Assembly (NCBI GenBank): GCA_965242725.1
Contig: CBDESZ010000020.1
Coordinates: 45,602-109,601 of the forward strand
Direction of reading: 5' to 3'
DNA from: Alkalispirochaeta sp.
Lineage (GTDB): Bacteria; Spirochaetota; Spirochaetia; DSM-27196; Alkalispirochaetaceae
DNA: 64,000 bases
In this document: piece by piece, positions 1-9,087 of the stretch
How positions within the stretch are numbered: position 1 is the first letter of the stretch
Layout of the letters: each line of letters opens with the position of its first letter
The notes under the pieces: model-generated
Databases searched by the model: none
The model's input: the letters and a program-made list of their open reading frames with translations, nothing else
What the model was told of the DNA's origin: nothing
Program-made: the position numbers and the translations under genes

Positions 1-613
1 GGAGGAACTCAAGCTCTCCAACAGCGGCCTTGCTGCCCACGACCGGCCCAACTTTTGCGACCATCCTCCGGAAGTGATTAAGCCCTTTCGCGGTTTCTGG
101 GAGGACTTTGTCAACTGGGCACGGGCGGAGAGCCTGTGGATTCTCGGATTCGGCACCGGCTGCGGTGCCATAGAGCTGCGCCCCCTGATGACGAGCCGAT
201 TTGATATGTACCAGTACGGTATACAGGCACGGCCCACGCCAAGACAGAGTTCGGTCTTTGTCATCGGCGGCTACGCGTCGGTAAAGACGATGAAGCGTAT
301 CGTCCGCAGTTATGAGCAGATGCAGGGACCCAAGTTCGTGCTCGGTCTCGGCAGTTGCACGATCAACGGCGGTATGTACTGGGACAGCTACAATACCGTC
401 AACCGTCTGGACCACTACATACCCGTAGACGTCTACATTGCCGGATGCATGCCACGGCCGGAGGCGTTGCTGGCGGGATTCATGGAGTTGAAGCGAATGA
501 TCAAGGCAGGGGAATGCCAGGGCGCAAACAGGTATGCCGAGCACTTTGAGTGGTACAAGGCAAACCAGAAGCGCATCATCAAAGACTGGAACATGCCGGA
601 TTACAACTGGTGA
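1..613 (+). CDS. NuoB/MbxJ-like Fe-S subunit of a complex-I-family membrane oxidoreductase (5' partial)
   Basis: Frame is open from position 2. Motifs GTGCGAIE, GSCTINGG, IPVDVYIAGCMPRPE; the C-terminal 'YAEHFEWYKANQ' resembles MbxJ. Confidence 0.9.
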   Translation, partial: EELKLSNSGLAAHDRPNFCDHPPEVIKPFRGFWEDFVNWARAESLWILGFGTGCGAIELRPLMTSRFDMYQYGIQARPTPRQSSVFVIGGYASVKTMKRIVRSYEQMQGPKFVLGLGSCTINGGMYWDSYNTVNRLDHYIPVDVYIAGCMPRPEALLAGFMELKRMIKAGECQGANRYAEHFEWYKANQKRIIKDWNMPDYNW

Positions 614-623
614 GGGAGAAGCA

Positions 624-1250
624 ATGACCGACAAACAGCCGGAATCCATACAATCGTCGACTCCTGCCACGTCGCGGGACGTGCACGGCGTATTCAAGGA
701 GATACACCTCCGTTTCCAGGTGCGGGAACTGGAAGAGAAAAGAGCCGACCAGGCGTATCTGCACGTGGAGAAGGAAGACCTGGTACCACTTCTGACCTAT
801 TTGAGAGATACCGCCGGGTATACGCACCTCTCGTTTTTCACCGCCGTCGACCACATCGAGGAAGGGACGTTCGATCTTCTCTACATGCTCCACAGCTATG
901 AAAAGCGACACGATCTCGGAGTGATGGTACGCATATCCCGGGGAACGGGGCGAACAGACGGAGATGATCCTGAGGCGGCAGTCATGGATTCCATTCACCA
1001 CCTCTGGCCCGCGGCGGAGACGTATCAGCGGGAGTTGCGGGAAATGTTCGGAATCACTTTTCCCGGAAGCCCCCGGCTCCACGAGAACTTCGCCCTTGAA
1101 GGGTGGGAAGATATTCCCCCCATGCGACGGGAGTTCGACACACGGGAGTACTCGGAGCGCGTCTATTATGCCCGACCGGGCAGGACGACGAACGACACCC
1201 GTCAGCATATGAAAGACAAACTCTATCCCAGCGAGGCAGAATCATGGTGA
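624..1250 (+). CDS. NuoC/MbxK-like subunit
   Basis: ATG 624 after GGGAG; motifs 'FFTAVD', 'WPAAETYQRELREMFGITFPG', 'PPMRREF'. Confidence 0.88.
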   Translation: MTDKQPESIQSSTPATSRDVHGVFKEIHLRFQVRELEEKRADQAYLHVEKEDLVPLLTYLRDTAGYTHLSFFTAVDHIEEGTFDLLYMLHSYEKRHDLGVMVRISRGTGRTDGDDPEAAVMDSIHHLWPAAETYQRELREMFGITFPGSPRLHENFALEGWEDIPPMRREFDTREYSERVYYARPGRTTNDTRQHMKDKLYPSEAESW

Positions 1251-2482
1251 GAAACGTAATGCCCACCCGATCGTCCGCCCGGGGCGTGCCCAATCTGGCG
1301 ACCCGGAGTCAGGAACACATAAATGATAACCCGATCATGCCGCCCATCGTCCGCGGAAAGGCGAAATTTGACCTGGACAGCGGCAAGTACCTGAAGGTCT
1401 GGCAGGGGCCGCAGCATCCGGGAATCACCGGCAACATGAGTCTGGAACTCGTCGTCTGTGGTGACGAAATCGTGGAATGCAAGACCCACGTGGGATATCT
1501 CCACCGGGGATTTGAAAAACTCATGGAACGGCGGAAATACATTCAGTGTTTTCCCATCGTCTGCCGCATCGCCGTACCCGAGCCGGACTTTAATGAATAC
1601 CTCTTTGCCGCCACGGTGGAAGAATTGCAGGGCATAGAGGTCCCCGAACGGGCACAGTGGATAAGAAATCTCAATCTGGAAATGGCACGGCTTGCGAGTT
1701 TCTTTATGTGGCTCGGCGGACAGGCGGGAGCGTTCGGACTGGGAACGCAGGGTCAGTGGACCGTCACCATGCGGGACTACATTCTCGACCGTTTTGAGGA
1801 GCTCACGGGGGGACGGATCTACCACATGTACATGATCCCCGGCGGCGTGCGCAGCGACTTCCCGCCGGGATTCGCGGGGCGCCTGCGGGAGACGATGGAT
1901 ACCTGTGAAAAAACGCTCGACGACGTTGAGCGAACGCTCTTTCATAACGCCGTCTTCAAGAAACGGGCAAAAGGGTTGGGTGTGCTCCATCCCGACATCA
2001 TCGATCAGTTCGGGGTGACCGGGCCCAATGCGCGGGCCGCAGGGTTTGCACGGGATGTTCGCAAGGATCACCCGTATCTCGTCTATGATCGGCTGGACTT
2101 CGAGGTGATCACCCATACCGACTCGGACGCCTACGCCCGTGCGTGGGTACGGCTGCAGGAGATGTACCAGAGCATCGATCTGATCAGACAGATACTTGAT
2201 CGAATGCCCAAGGACGGTCCGTTCTTCACCAAACTGCCCAACGTTCTGCACTGGCGTGTCCCGGAAGGCCATACCTACCAGCGGGCCGAATGCACCCGCG
2301 GTGAATACGGCTACTACCTGAACAGCGACGGCAGTGACAAACCACGGCGCATTTACGTCCGGGGGCCGAGTTACACCCACGCGGTGACGCTTATGGAACA
2401 CCTGGCGATCGGGGTGAACATCGCCGACACGGCGGGACTCATGGTGAGTCTCCATACCTATCCACCGGAAGTTGAGAGGTAG
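1244..2482 (+). CDS. NuoD/MbxL-like large subunit lacking NiFe-binding cysteines
   Basis: GPQHPG, GYLHRGFEK, RGEYG, RGPS motifs; L1 region reads RIAVPE and the C-terminus HTYPPEVER. Confidence 0.9.
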   Translation: MVRNVMPTRSSARGVPNLATRSQEHINDNPIMPPIVRGKAKFDLDSGKYLKVWQGPQHPGITGNMSLELVVCGDEIVECKTHVGYLHRGFEKLMERRKYIQCFPIVCRIAVPEPDFNEYLFAATVEELQGIEVPERAQWIRNLNLEMARLASFFMWLGGQAGAFGLGTQGQWTVTMRDYILDRFEELTGGRIYHMYMIPGGVRSDFPPGFAGRLRETMDTCEKTLDDVERTLFHNAVFKKRAKGLGVLHPDIIDQFGVTGPNARAAGFARDVRKDHPYLVYDRLDFEVITHTDSDAYARAWVRLQEMYQSIDLIRQILDRMPKDGPFFTKLPNVLHWRVPEGHTYQRAECTRGEYGYYLNSDGSDKPRRIYVRGPSYTHAVTLMEHLAIGVNIADTAGLMVSLHTYPPEVER

Positions 2483-2485
2483 AAA

Positions 2486-4282
2486 ATGAGTCTGAGAGAT
2501 ATTGCCGCCCCCTTTACCGTATGGAAGCGGGCACTTGAAAAACCATATACCGACCGGAAACCCCTGGTGAATCGACCCGGTGCGGACCGCTATCGCGGTT
2601 TTCACATTAACGCCGTGGACAAGTGCATTGGCTGCGGAACCTGTGAGTCGGTATGTCAGAATGAAGCAATCGATCTCGTCCCGGTGGAGAGCCGGAAAAC
2701 GAAGCACGGCGATTCCGGATTGCGACCCAAAGTTGATTACGGTCGCTGCTGCTGGTGTGCCCTCTGTGTCGACATCTGTCCCACCGGCAGTCTGGGCATG
2801 AGCAACGAGTATGTGTGGGTGGACAGGGACCCCGAGGTCTTTCGGTTCGTTCCCGGTGAGGATATCAAACCGTGGAACGGCAGCGAGAAGGGGTACCGCC
2901 GTTCGCCGGGATATGATCTTCTGGAACCGAAGCGCGTGGAAATGCCCATGCTCGACTTTGAAGAGAGCAGAAAGAGCTTTGTCGAGATGGTTCAGGGGTA
3001 CAGCAAGGAACAGGCCCAGGCGGAAGCGGACCGCTGTATTGCCTGCGGCATCTGTATCGCCACCTGTCCCGCCCACATGGACGTCCCGGCATACATCGAC
3101 GCGATCCGACGCGACGATATGGGCGACGGGCTGCGTATCGTCTATGAAGCTAATCCATTACCGGCGTCATGTGGTCGCGTCTGTTCACACGCCTGTGAAT
3201 ACGTCTGCGCCATGAAGCACAAGGGGGAGGCGATCAGCATTCGCTGGCTGAAACGGTACATCATCGACCAGATCTATTCACAGGACTATCAGAAATTCCT
3301 TGAAAGCGCGGCCGAAGAAAACGGAAAACACATCACCATCGTCGGGTCGGGTCCTGGCGGTCTGGCGGCGGCGTATTACCTCAGGCTGTTGGGGTACGGG
3401 GTAACCGTATATGACGCCAACGAGCGCGCCGGCGGTATGCTGCGGTACGGTATTCCCGAGTACCGTCTGCCCTACGACCAGGTTGACAAGGATATCGAAT
3501 ACATCCGGTCCCTGGGTGTAACAATTGAACAGAACGTCCGGATCGGTGTGGACCGCTCTTTCCGGGAGATTTACGACGGGAGCGACGCGATCTTTTTCTC
3601 GACGGGACTTTCCGATCCCTTTGCCCTGGACATACCGGGGGAGGAACTGAAGGGGGTCATTCCGGGACTGAAGATACTCGACGATGTGACCAACGGCATC
3701 ACCCCCGACATCGGCTCCTCCGTCGTCGTCGTGGGCGGCGGAAATGTCGCCATGGATGCGGCCCGCACGAGCCTCCGGTACAATGCGGATGTGACGATTC
3801 TCTACCGCCGCCGGGAAGAGGATATGCCCGCCGACGCGGAGGAAATCGAAGAAAGCCGCGGCGAGGGATGCGCAATTACCACCCAGGCGATACCGCTCCG
3901 TATTGAAAAGGGCGACACGACGCGGTTGAAGCTCTACTGGGGCAGGGCGGAAATGATTCCCGATGAAAAGGGCGGTCGCCCCCGGCCGCAACTCATTGAG
4001 GGAAGTGAAGAGGTCATTGAATGCGACACCGTCATTCCCGCCATCGGGCAGGGCGCGGACTACCGGTTCCTGCCGGAAGAAATAACTGATAAACTCGATT
4101 TTTCCCGGGGCATGGTAGTGGTGAACGAGTTCAAGCAGACCGGCGATACGAAGATATTCGCCGGGGGCGACATCACCAACAGGACCCGTGATGCCATTTC
4201 GGCGATCGCAAACGGTCACTCCGCCGCCAAGGGAATCGATATCTATCTCACAAACTTTTCACAGAATGGGGAGCAACGATGA
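2486..4282 (+). CDS. NuoI-like 2x[4Fe-4S] domain fused to a GltD/NfnB-like FAD/NAD(P)H oxidoreductase
   Basis: RYRGFH..CIGCGTCESVC and CCWCALCVDICP; then RCIACGICIATCP, CGRVC, GSGPGG, GGGNVAMD, FAGGD. Confidence 0.9.
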   Translation: MSLRDIAAPFTVWKRALEKPYTDRKPLVNRPGADRYRGFHINAVDKCIGCGTCESVCQNEAIDLVPVESRKTKHGDSGLRPKVDYGRCCWCALCVDICPTGSLGMSNEYVWVDRDPEVFRFVPGEDIKPWNGSEKGYRRSPGYDLLEPKRVEMPMLDFEESRKSFVEMVQGYSKEQAQAEADRCIACGICIATCPAHMDVPAYIDAIRRDDMGDGLRIVYEANPLPASCGRVCSHACEYVCAMKHKGEAISIRWLKRYIIDQIYSQDYQKFLESAAEENGKHITIVGSGPGGLAAAYYLRLLGYGVTVYDANERAGGMLRYGIPEYRLPYDQVDKDIEYIRSLGVTIEQNVRIGVDRSFREIYDGSDAIFFSTGLSDPFALDIPGEELKGVIPGLKILDDVTNGITPDIGSSVVVVGGGNVAMDAARTSLRYNADVTILYRRREEDMPADAEEIEESRGEGCAITTQAIPLRIEKGDTTRLKLYWGRAEMIPDEKGGRPRPQLIEGSEEVIECDTVIPAIGQGADYRFLPEEITDKLDFSRGMVVVNEFKQTGDTKIFAGGDITNRTRDAISAIANGHSAAKGIDIYLTNFSQNGEQR

Positions 4283-5217
4283 ATCGGGTCGTAGAAAAAC
4301 AACGGCTATCGGACGACGTCTTCCGGATGACCTTTGAGGCGCCGTATATCGCCGAGGCGCGTAAGCCGGGACAGTTCATTATCATACAGTTGGATGACAA
4401 CTTCGGTGAGCGAATTCCTCTCACCATTGCCGACGCGGACGCGTCGGCGGGGACGGTGACGATCATTTTTCAGGCCGTCGGAAAGACGACGATCAACCTC
4501 GCCGGCAGGGAGGTGGGAGAGTCGATAGCCAATGTCCTCGGCCCGCTGGGAACGCCGACGGAAATCGAACGGTGGGGAACTGTTGTCTGTGTCGGCGGCG
4601 GAATCGGCGTCGCTCCGCTCCATCCCATCGTCCAGGCGGTGAAGGAAGCGGGCAACAGGGTTATCACCATCATGGGCGCCCGCAACAAGGAGCTGTTGAT
4701 TCTCGAAGATGAAATGAAACGATGGAGCGACGAGGTCATCGTATGCACCGACGACGGCAGCTACGGACGGAAGGATCTCGTGACCGCGCCGTTGAAGGAG
4801 CTTTGCGAAGAGGGCGTTCCCGACAAAGTCTTTGCGATCGGTCCGCCGATCATGATGAAATTCGCCGCGGAAACGACGCGGCCCTATAACGTATCTACCA
4901 TGGTAAGTCTCAACACCATCATGGTTGACGGTACGGGAATGTGCGGTGGGTGCAGAGTGACCGTGGGTGACGAGACGAAGTTCGTCTGTGTGGACGGGCC
5001 GGAATTTGATGGCCACCTTGTGGACTTTGACAACATGATGTCCCGACAGCGGGCCTACCTGGACCAGGAACGACATGCCAAAGAGGCGTGTCGCATCGGC
5101 CTTACTCCGAAGCCTGGCGCGACGTCGGCTGCAAAGACGGCGCCCGCTGATGCGCCGAAGCCCGCTGGAAAAACGGCACCGGTAGAAAAAACAACAACGG
5201 AACGGGGAGGCCGGTAA
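4279..5217 (+). CDS. nfnA: NfnA/SudB (sulfide/dihydroorotate dehydrogenase-like FAD/NAD-binding subunit)
   Basis: KPGQF, ERIPLTIAD, GPLG, GGGIG, TDDGSYG, MVDGTGMCGGCRV, CVDGPEFD. Confidence 0.9.
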   Translation: MNRVVEKQRLSDDVFRMTFEAPYIAEARKPGQFIIIQLDDNFGERIPLTIADADASAGTVTIIFQAVGKTTINLAGREVGESIANVLGPLGTPTEIERWGTVVCVGGGIGVAPLHPIVQAVKEAGNRVITIMGARNKELLILEDEMKRWSDEVIVCTDDGSYGRKDLVTAPLKELCEEGVPDKVFAIGPPIMMKFAAETTRPYNVSTMVSLNTIMVDGTGMCGGCRVTVGDETKFVCVDGPEFDGHLVDFDNMMSRQRAYLDQERHAKEACRIGLTPKPGATSAAKTAPADAPKPAGKTAPVEKTTTERGGR

Positions 5218-5218
5218 G

Positions 5219-6730
5219 ATGGAAGGTCATCAAAGTGTTGAAGAACTGAACGCCCAGGCGCATCAGCTGTGGGAAGAGTTTGGTCCCCGGGAGCTCGACG
5301 GGACGTTGAAGAACAAGGATAGACGACAGATTCCGCAAATGGATATGCCCGCTCAGGATCCCTCCCTTCGACGGTGCAACCAGTCGGAGGTCGCCCTGGG
5401 ATATACGATGGAACAGGTGCAGGTTGAAGCGCTGCGCTGCCTGAACTGTCCCACCGCGCCGTGCATCAAGGGTTGCCCCGTATCAATCGATATTCCCAAG
5501 TTTGTCAAGCTTGCCGCCGTGGGGAAATTCCAGGAATCGGTGAACGTCATCAAGGAGTCCAGCCTCCTTCCGGCGATATGCGGTCGCGTCTGTCCCCAGG
5601 AAAGTCAGTGCATGCTTGAATGTACCGTCGGAAAGGCGGCCCGGGATCCCATGCAGTCGGTCGCCATCGGGCGGATTGAACGGTATGTAGCGGACCGGGA
5701 GAGAGAGCAGGGCGCTATAGAAGTTCCCGCAGTTGCATCGGACTCCGGTTTCAAGGTGGGTGTCATCGGTTCCGGTCCCGCCGGACTCACCGCGGCGGCG
5801 GACCTGCGCAAGGCGGGTCACCACGTGGAAATCTTTGAGGCCTTTCACAAACCCGGTGGCGTCATGATATACGGCATCCCCGAATTTCGGCTGCCCAAGA
5901 AAATCGTTGAACAGGAGATTGCCGGTCTGAAACAGATGGGCGTCGTATTTCGGACCAACTTCCTCATCGGCCGGACACGGACGATCGAAGAGCTTCTGGA
6001 AAAGGACGGGTTTGACGCGCTCTTCATCGGAAGCGGGGCGGGCCTTCCCAGATTCATGGAAATTCCCGGAGAAAATCTCGTCGGTGTGTTCAGCGCAAAT
6101 GAATATCTGACCCGGTCAAACCTCATGAAAGCGTACGACAGGGAAAACGTGGATACACCCATTTACAATTCCAGGGTCGTCGCCGTTCTCGGTGGGGGAA
6201 ATGTCGCCATGGACGCGGCGCGTATGGCATTGAGACTGGGTGCCGAGGAAGTTCACGTCATCTACCGCCGGACCCGCACCGAGATGCCCGCCCGTGTCGA
6301 AGAGGTGGACCACGCCGAGGAAGAGGGAATCATTTTTCACTTTCTGAGCAATCCCGTGGAAATCCTTGGTGACGAGACCGGTCGCGTCCGGGCAATCACG
6401 TGCCAGCGGTATGAACTCGGGGAACCGGATGACTCGGGACGTCGCCGGCCGGTCCCGATCGAAAACGATTATTTCGAGATGGATGTGGACACCGTCATTC
6501 CCGCCCTGGGGAATGTCTCCAATCCGCTCATTCGAAAGACCACCGATAATCTCGTGACCAATAAATGGGGAAATATCGAGGTGGATGAGCAGAATCGAAC
6601 GAGTCTCCAACGGGTATATGCCGGGGGCGACATCGTCCTTGGCGCGGCGACGGTCATCCTCGCCATGGGTGAAGGGAGGCGTGCTGCCGCGGCGATCACA
6701 GCCGATCTCGCAACCGGACGATGGAAATGA
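5219..6730 (+). CDS. nfnB: NfnB/SudA (GltD-like NADPH-dependent large subunit)
   Basis: RCLNC..CIKGCP, CGRVCPQESQC, GSGPAG, SANEYLTR, GGGNVAMD, AGGDIVLGAATVILAMGEG; adjacent to nfnA. Confidence 0.9.
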   Translation: MEGHQSVEELNAQAHQLWEEFGPRELDGTLKNKDRRQIPQMDMPAQDPSLRRCNQSEVALGYTMEQVQVEALRCLNCPTAPCIKGCPVSIDIPKFVKLAAVGKFQESVNVIKESSLLPAICGRVCPQESQCMLECTVGKAARDPMQSVAIGRIERYVADREREQGAIEVPAVASDSGFKVGVIGSGPAGLTAAADLRKAGHHVEIFEAFHKPGGVMIYGIPEFRLPKKIVEQEIAGLKQMGVVFRTNFLIGRTRTIEELLEKDGFDALFIGSGAGLPRFMEIPGENLVGVFSANEYLTRSNLMKAYDRENVDTPIYNSRVVAVLGGGNVAMDAARMALRLGAEEVHVIYRRTRTEMPARVEEVDHAEEEGIIFHFLSNPVEILGDETGRVRAITCQRYELGEPDDSGRRRPVPIENDYFEMDVDTVIPALGNVSNPLIRKTTDNLVTNKWGNIEVDEQNRTSLQRVYAGGDIVLGAATVILAMGEGRRAAAAITADLATGRWK

Positions 6731-7086
6731 TATCTCAGGATCGCATGGCGATCATCGAAGATCTGAAAAACGATTACTCGGAGAAACGCTGCACCGATGT
6801 GCAGCAGCTCCTCTCGACGATGGCCAATCCGATCCGTTTTCGACTCCTTTGTGCCCTCCGGGGCCGTTCTTTTACCGTGACGGAACTTGTGGAGCTTACC
6901 GACTCCAACCTTCCCAATGTGAGCCAGCATCTCAAGATGATGTGGATGGGGGGGTATATAAACAAGGAGCGTCACGGGAAGCAGGTCTATTACAACCTCT
7001 CGGACAAAAAGATCATCGACGTTCTGGAAATGGTCGAGCAGGTCTTCCCGGCCGGTTCATATCGTGAGGACGGCGGCTGCGATTGA
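6721..7086 (+). CDS. ArsR/SmtB family transcriptional regulator (BigR/SqrR-like Cys pattern)
   Basis: ANPIRFRLLCAL, TVTEL, VSQHL, ERHGKQVYY; start may be 6727. Confidence 0.88.
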   Translation: MEMISQDRMAIIEDLKNDYSEKRCTDVQQLLSTMANPIRFRLLCALRGRSFTVTELVELTDSNLPNVSQHLKMMWMGGYINKERHGKQVYYNLSDKKIIDVLEMVEQVFPAGSYREDGGCD

Positions 7087-7114
7087 CCGGCGGCGCAGTC
7101 GGAAATGCCGCATT

Positions 7115-8581
7115 TCATCGGTGTCGATTTGTCGTCCCATCGGCACCGTCGGGAGCGGACATATATGCGTCCAGTGCCGCTGCGAGCTCCTCGGGGGCAA
7201 GTCCCCAGGTACGACCGAATCGGCGCCAACAAAAGCCGGAAAAGTCGTAAAAGCGATAAAAAGGTGAAATCTCGCGGTCCAGAAGCCGTGCGACGGGACC
7301 GGGAAAACGGCCGCGATTGACGACGAGTTCCCAGTATTTTGCGAACCTTTTCAGATGTTCAATTTCCGACTCCGTCATGCGGTCCGTCTCGAGGACGTCG
7401 TACGGCGGATCGGCACTGTACCGCATTCGAGCGTCGTGAGCGGCGATCGGTGCACCGGGAAGGCGCTTTAATATCCCCACCTGTATTTCACCGGGACGGT
7501 ATCGATAGAGGCGATCAAAACCGGTGGCGAAGCTTTCAAGTGATTCCCCGGGAAGACCGACGATGAGGTCGGCGTGGACGACCGCAGCGGTCTCGTTCGA
7601 CAGGAATGCCATGGTTCTCTCCGTCTCCACGTGGTCGCTCCGTCGTTCTATCGATGCTGCAACTTCTTTGTTGAAGGTCTGAACGCCAACCTCCAGTCGC
7701 AGCGTATCCGGCGGGAATCGGCGTATCACATCCCGCAGCTCCCGGGGAAATCGATCGGGTACCGTCTCAAACTGAACGGTCATTCCCGGTCGTACGCGAT
7801 TCAGCCAGAATTCCAGCACCGCCGCGGCGCGGGAGTAGTCGAGATTGAAGGTCCGGTCGATGAATTTGAATCGCGTCGCCCCGCGGCGTATGAGATGATC
7901 GCTCATGTCAAAGAGTTGATCCAACGGAGCCGGCCGTATCTTCCGATCCAGGCTGCTCAGGCAGAACTGGCACCGGAAGGGACATCCCCGGCTCGCTTCG
8001 AGGTACATGAACCGCCGCTCAATGTCGTGGTCAGAAAAGAGGTGATGGGGTAACCGCACGGTCGAGAGGTCCGGAGGAGGCGCGTCGACGACCCAGTGTC
8101 CCCGACCGGTTACACGCGCTTCCCGGGGAACCGCTTTTTTCTCCCCGTCTCTTCCCGTCAGCAGCTCGGCGGCGATAGGCGGAAAGACCAGCTCAGCTTC
8201 ACCACGGACGACACCGTCGACTCGGCCGAATATGGGGTGTGATACCGGCAGATGTGACGCTTCCGGCCCTCCGAGGATGATAAATGTGTCGGGAAGGTGG
8301 TTGCGGACCGCCTCGAGTACCGGAAGGGTGTCGAGATGGTTCCAGATGTACAGACCGACTGCGAGAATTCGCGGTCGCCGTTTCAGAACTTCTGCGACTA
8401 TATAATCATTCCCGGCGCGACGGGTGACTTCAAGAATATCAACTGAAAAGCCTTCGAGTCCGCCCTGGGACTCCATGTTCGCCCGAAGATACCACAGACC
8501 CATTGCGGGATGGACGTATCCGGCGTTAATGGTGAAGAGGAGAATATCCGGCCTGGAAGGATCTGCATTCAACGCGTTCAT
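7115..8581 (-). CDS. B12-binding-domain radical SAM protein
   Basis: YIWN, LGGPE, EASRGCPFRCQFC (CxxxCxxC), FIDRTFN, HADLIVGLPGE; start placed at 8581 to avoid head-to-head overlap. Confidence 0.88.
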   Translation of the reverse strand: MNALNADPSRPDILLFTINAGYVHPAMGLWYLRANMESQGGLEGFSVDILEVTRRAGNDYIVAEVLKRRPRILAVGLYIWNHLDTLPVLEAVRNHLPDTFIILGGPEASHLPVSHPIFGRVDGVVRGEAELVFPPIAAELLTGRDGEKKAVPREARVTGRGHWVVDAPPPDLSTVRLPHHLFSDHDIERRFMYLEASRGCPFRCQFCLSSLDRKIRPAPLDQLFDMSDHLIRRGATRFKFIDRTFNLDYSRAAAVLEFWLNRVRPGMTVQFETVPDRFPRELRDVIRRFPPDTLRLEVGVQTFNKEVAASIERRSDHVETERTMAFLSNETAAVVHADLIVGLPGESLESFATGFDRLYRYRPGEIQVGILKRLPGAPIAAHDARMRYSADPPYDVLETDRMTESEIEHLKRFAKYWELVVNRGRFPGPVARLLDREISPFYRFYDFSGFCWRRFGRTWGLAPEELAAALDAYMSAPDGADGTTNRHR

Positions 8582-8649
8582 CACGGCGCGCAAAGTATAC
8601 CCGGCGACAACGGATTGATATACCGTCGACATTTGGTGCATATAGAGGT

Positions 8650-9045
8650 ATGGCACGATTTGCATTTGAACATGTAGCTCTCAACGTTCCCCGGAAAGCG
8701 GAAATGGCCGATTGGTACGTCGCCAATCTCGGTCTCCATATCGTCAGAGAAGTCCCCGGCAGGATGGTATTTCTTGCCGATTCCGAAGGTGTCGTCGTCA
8801 TGGAGTTGTATACCAATCGGGACGCCGCGCAGTTGGAACTGCAAAAGGTGGAGCCCCTTTCGCTGCACATCGCGTTTGAGGTATCCGATCCGGCGACGGC
8901 TGCGGAAGAACTGGTTCGCGCCGGTGCCTCCATTGAAGTTCCTGTGGAGCAGGTCGGGAATGATACGATGGTGATGCTTCGTGATCCCTTTGGATTACCC
9001 CTCCAGCTCGTGCGTCGGGGAGAGAAAATGCGCCGGAATTCCTGA
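8650..9045 (+). CDS. VOC/glyoxalase family protein
   Basis: EHVALNV, WY..LG, LHIAFEV, RDPFG.PLQL. Confidence 0.85.
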   Translation: MARFAFEHVALNVPRKAEMADWYVANLGLHIVREVPGRMVFLADSEGVVVMELYTNRDAAQLELQKVEPLSLHIAFEVSDPATAAEELVRAGASIEVPVEQVGNDTMVMLRDPFGLPLQLVRRGEKMRRNS

Positions 9046-9053
9046 ATGTCTTA

Positions 9054-9083
9054 TTGACAATATATTATAAAAACATAATATAT
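9054..9083 (+). promoter_or_regulatory. sigma70-type promoter with overlapping palindromic operator
   Basis: TTGACA 9054-9059 with TAATAT 16 nt downstream; ATATATTAT-N6-ATAATATAT palindrome 9060-9083. Confidence 0.65.
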
Positions 9084-9087
9084 AGTA

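Noticed and set aside
1244..2482. Group 4 [NiFe]-hydrogenase large subunit
   Set aside because: Both CxxC metal-binding motifs are absent.
1223..3076. 617-aa reverse-strand ORF and similar long antisense ORFs (e.g. 56800-58167, 32803-33948)
   Set aside because: Shadows of well-supported genes in GC-rich DNA; no recognisable motifs.
5219..6730. Glutamate synthase small subunit
   Set aside because: No gltB nearby and it is paired with an nfnA-type gene; NfnB/SudA fits better.
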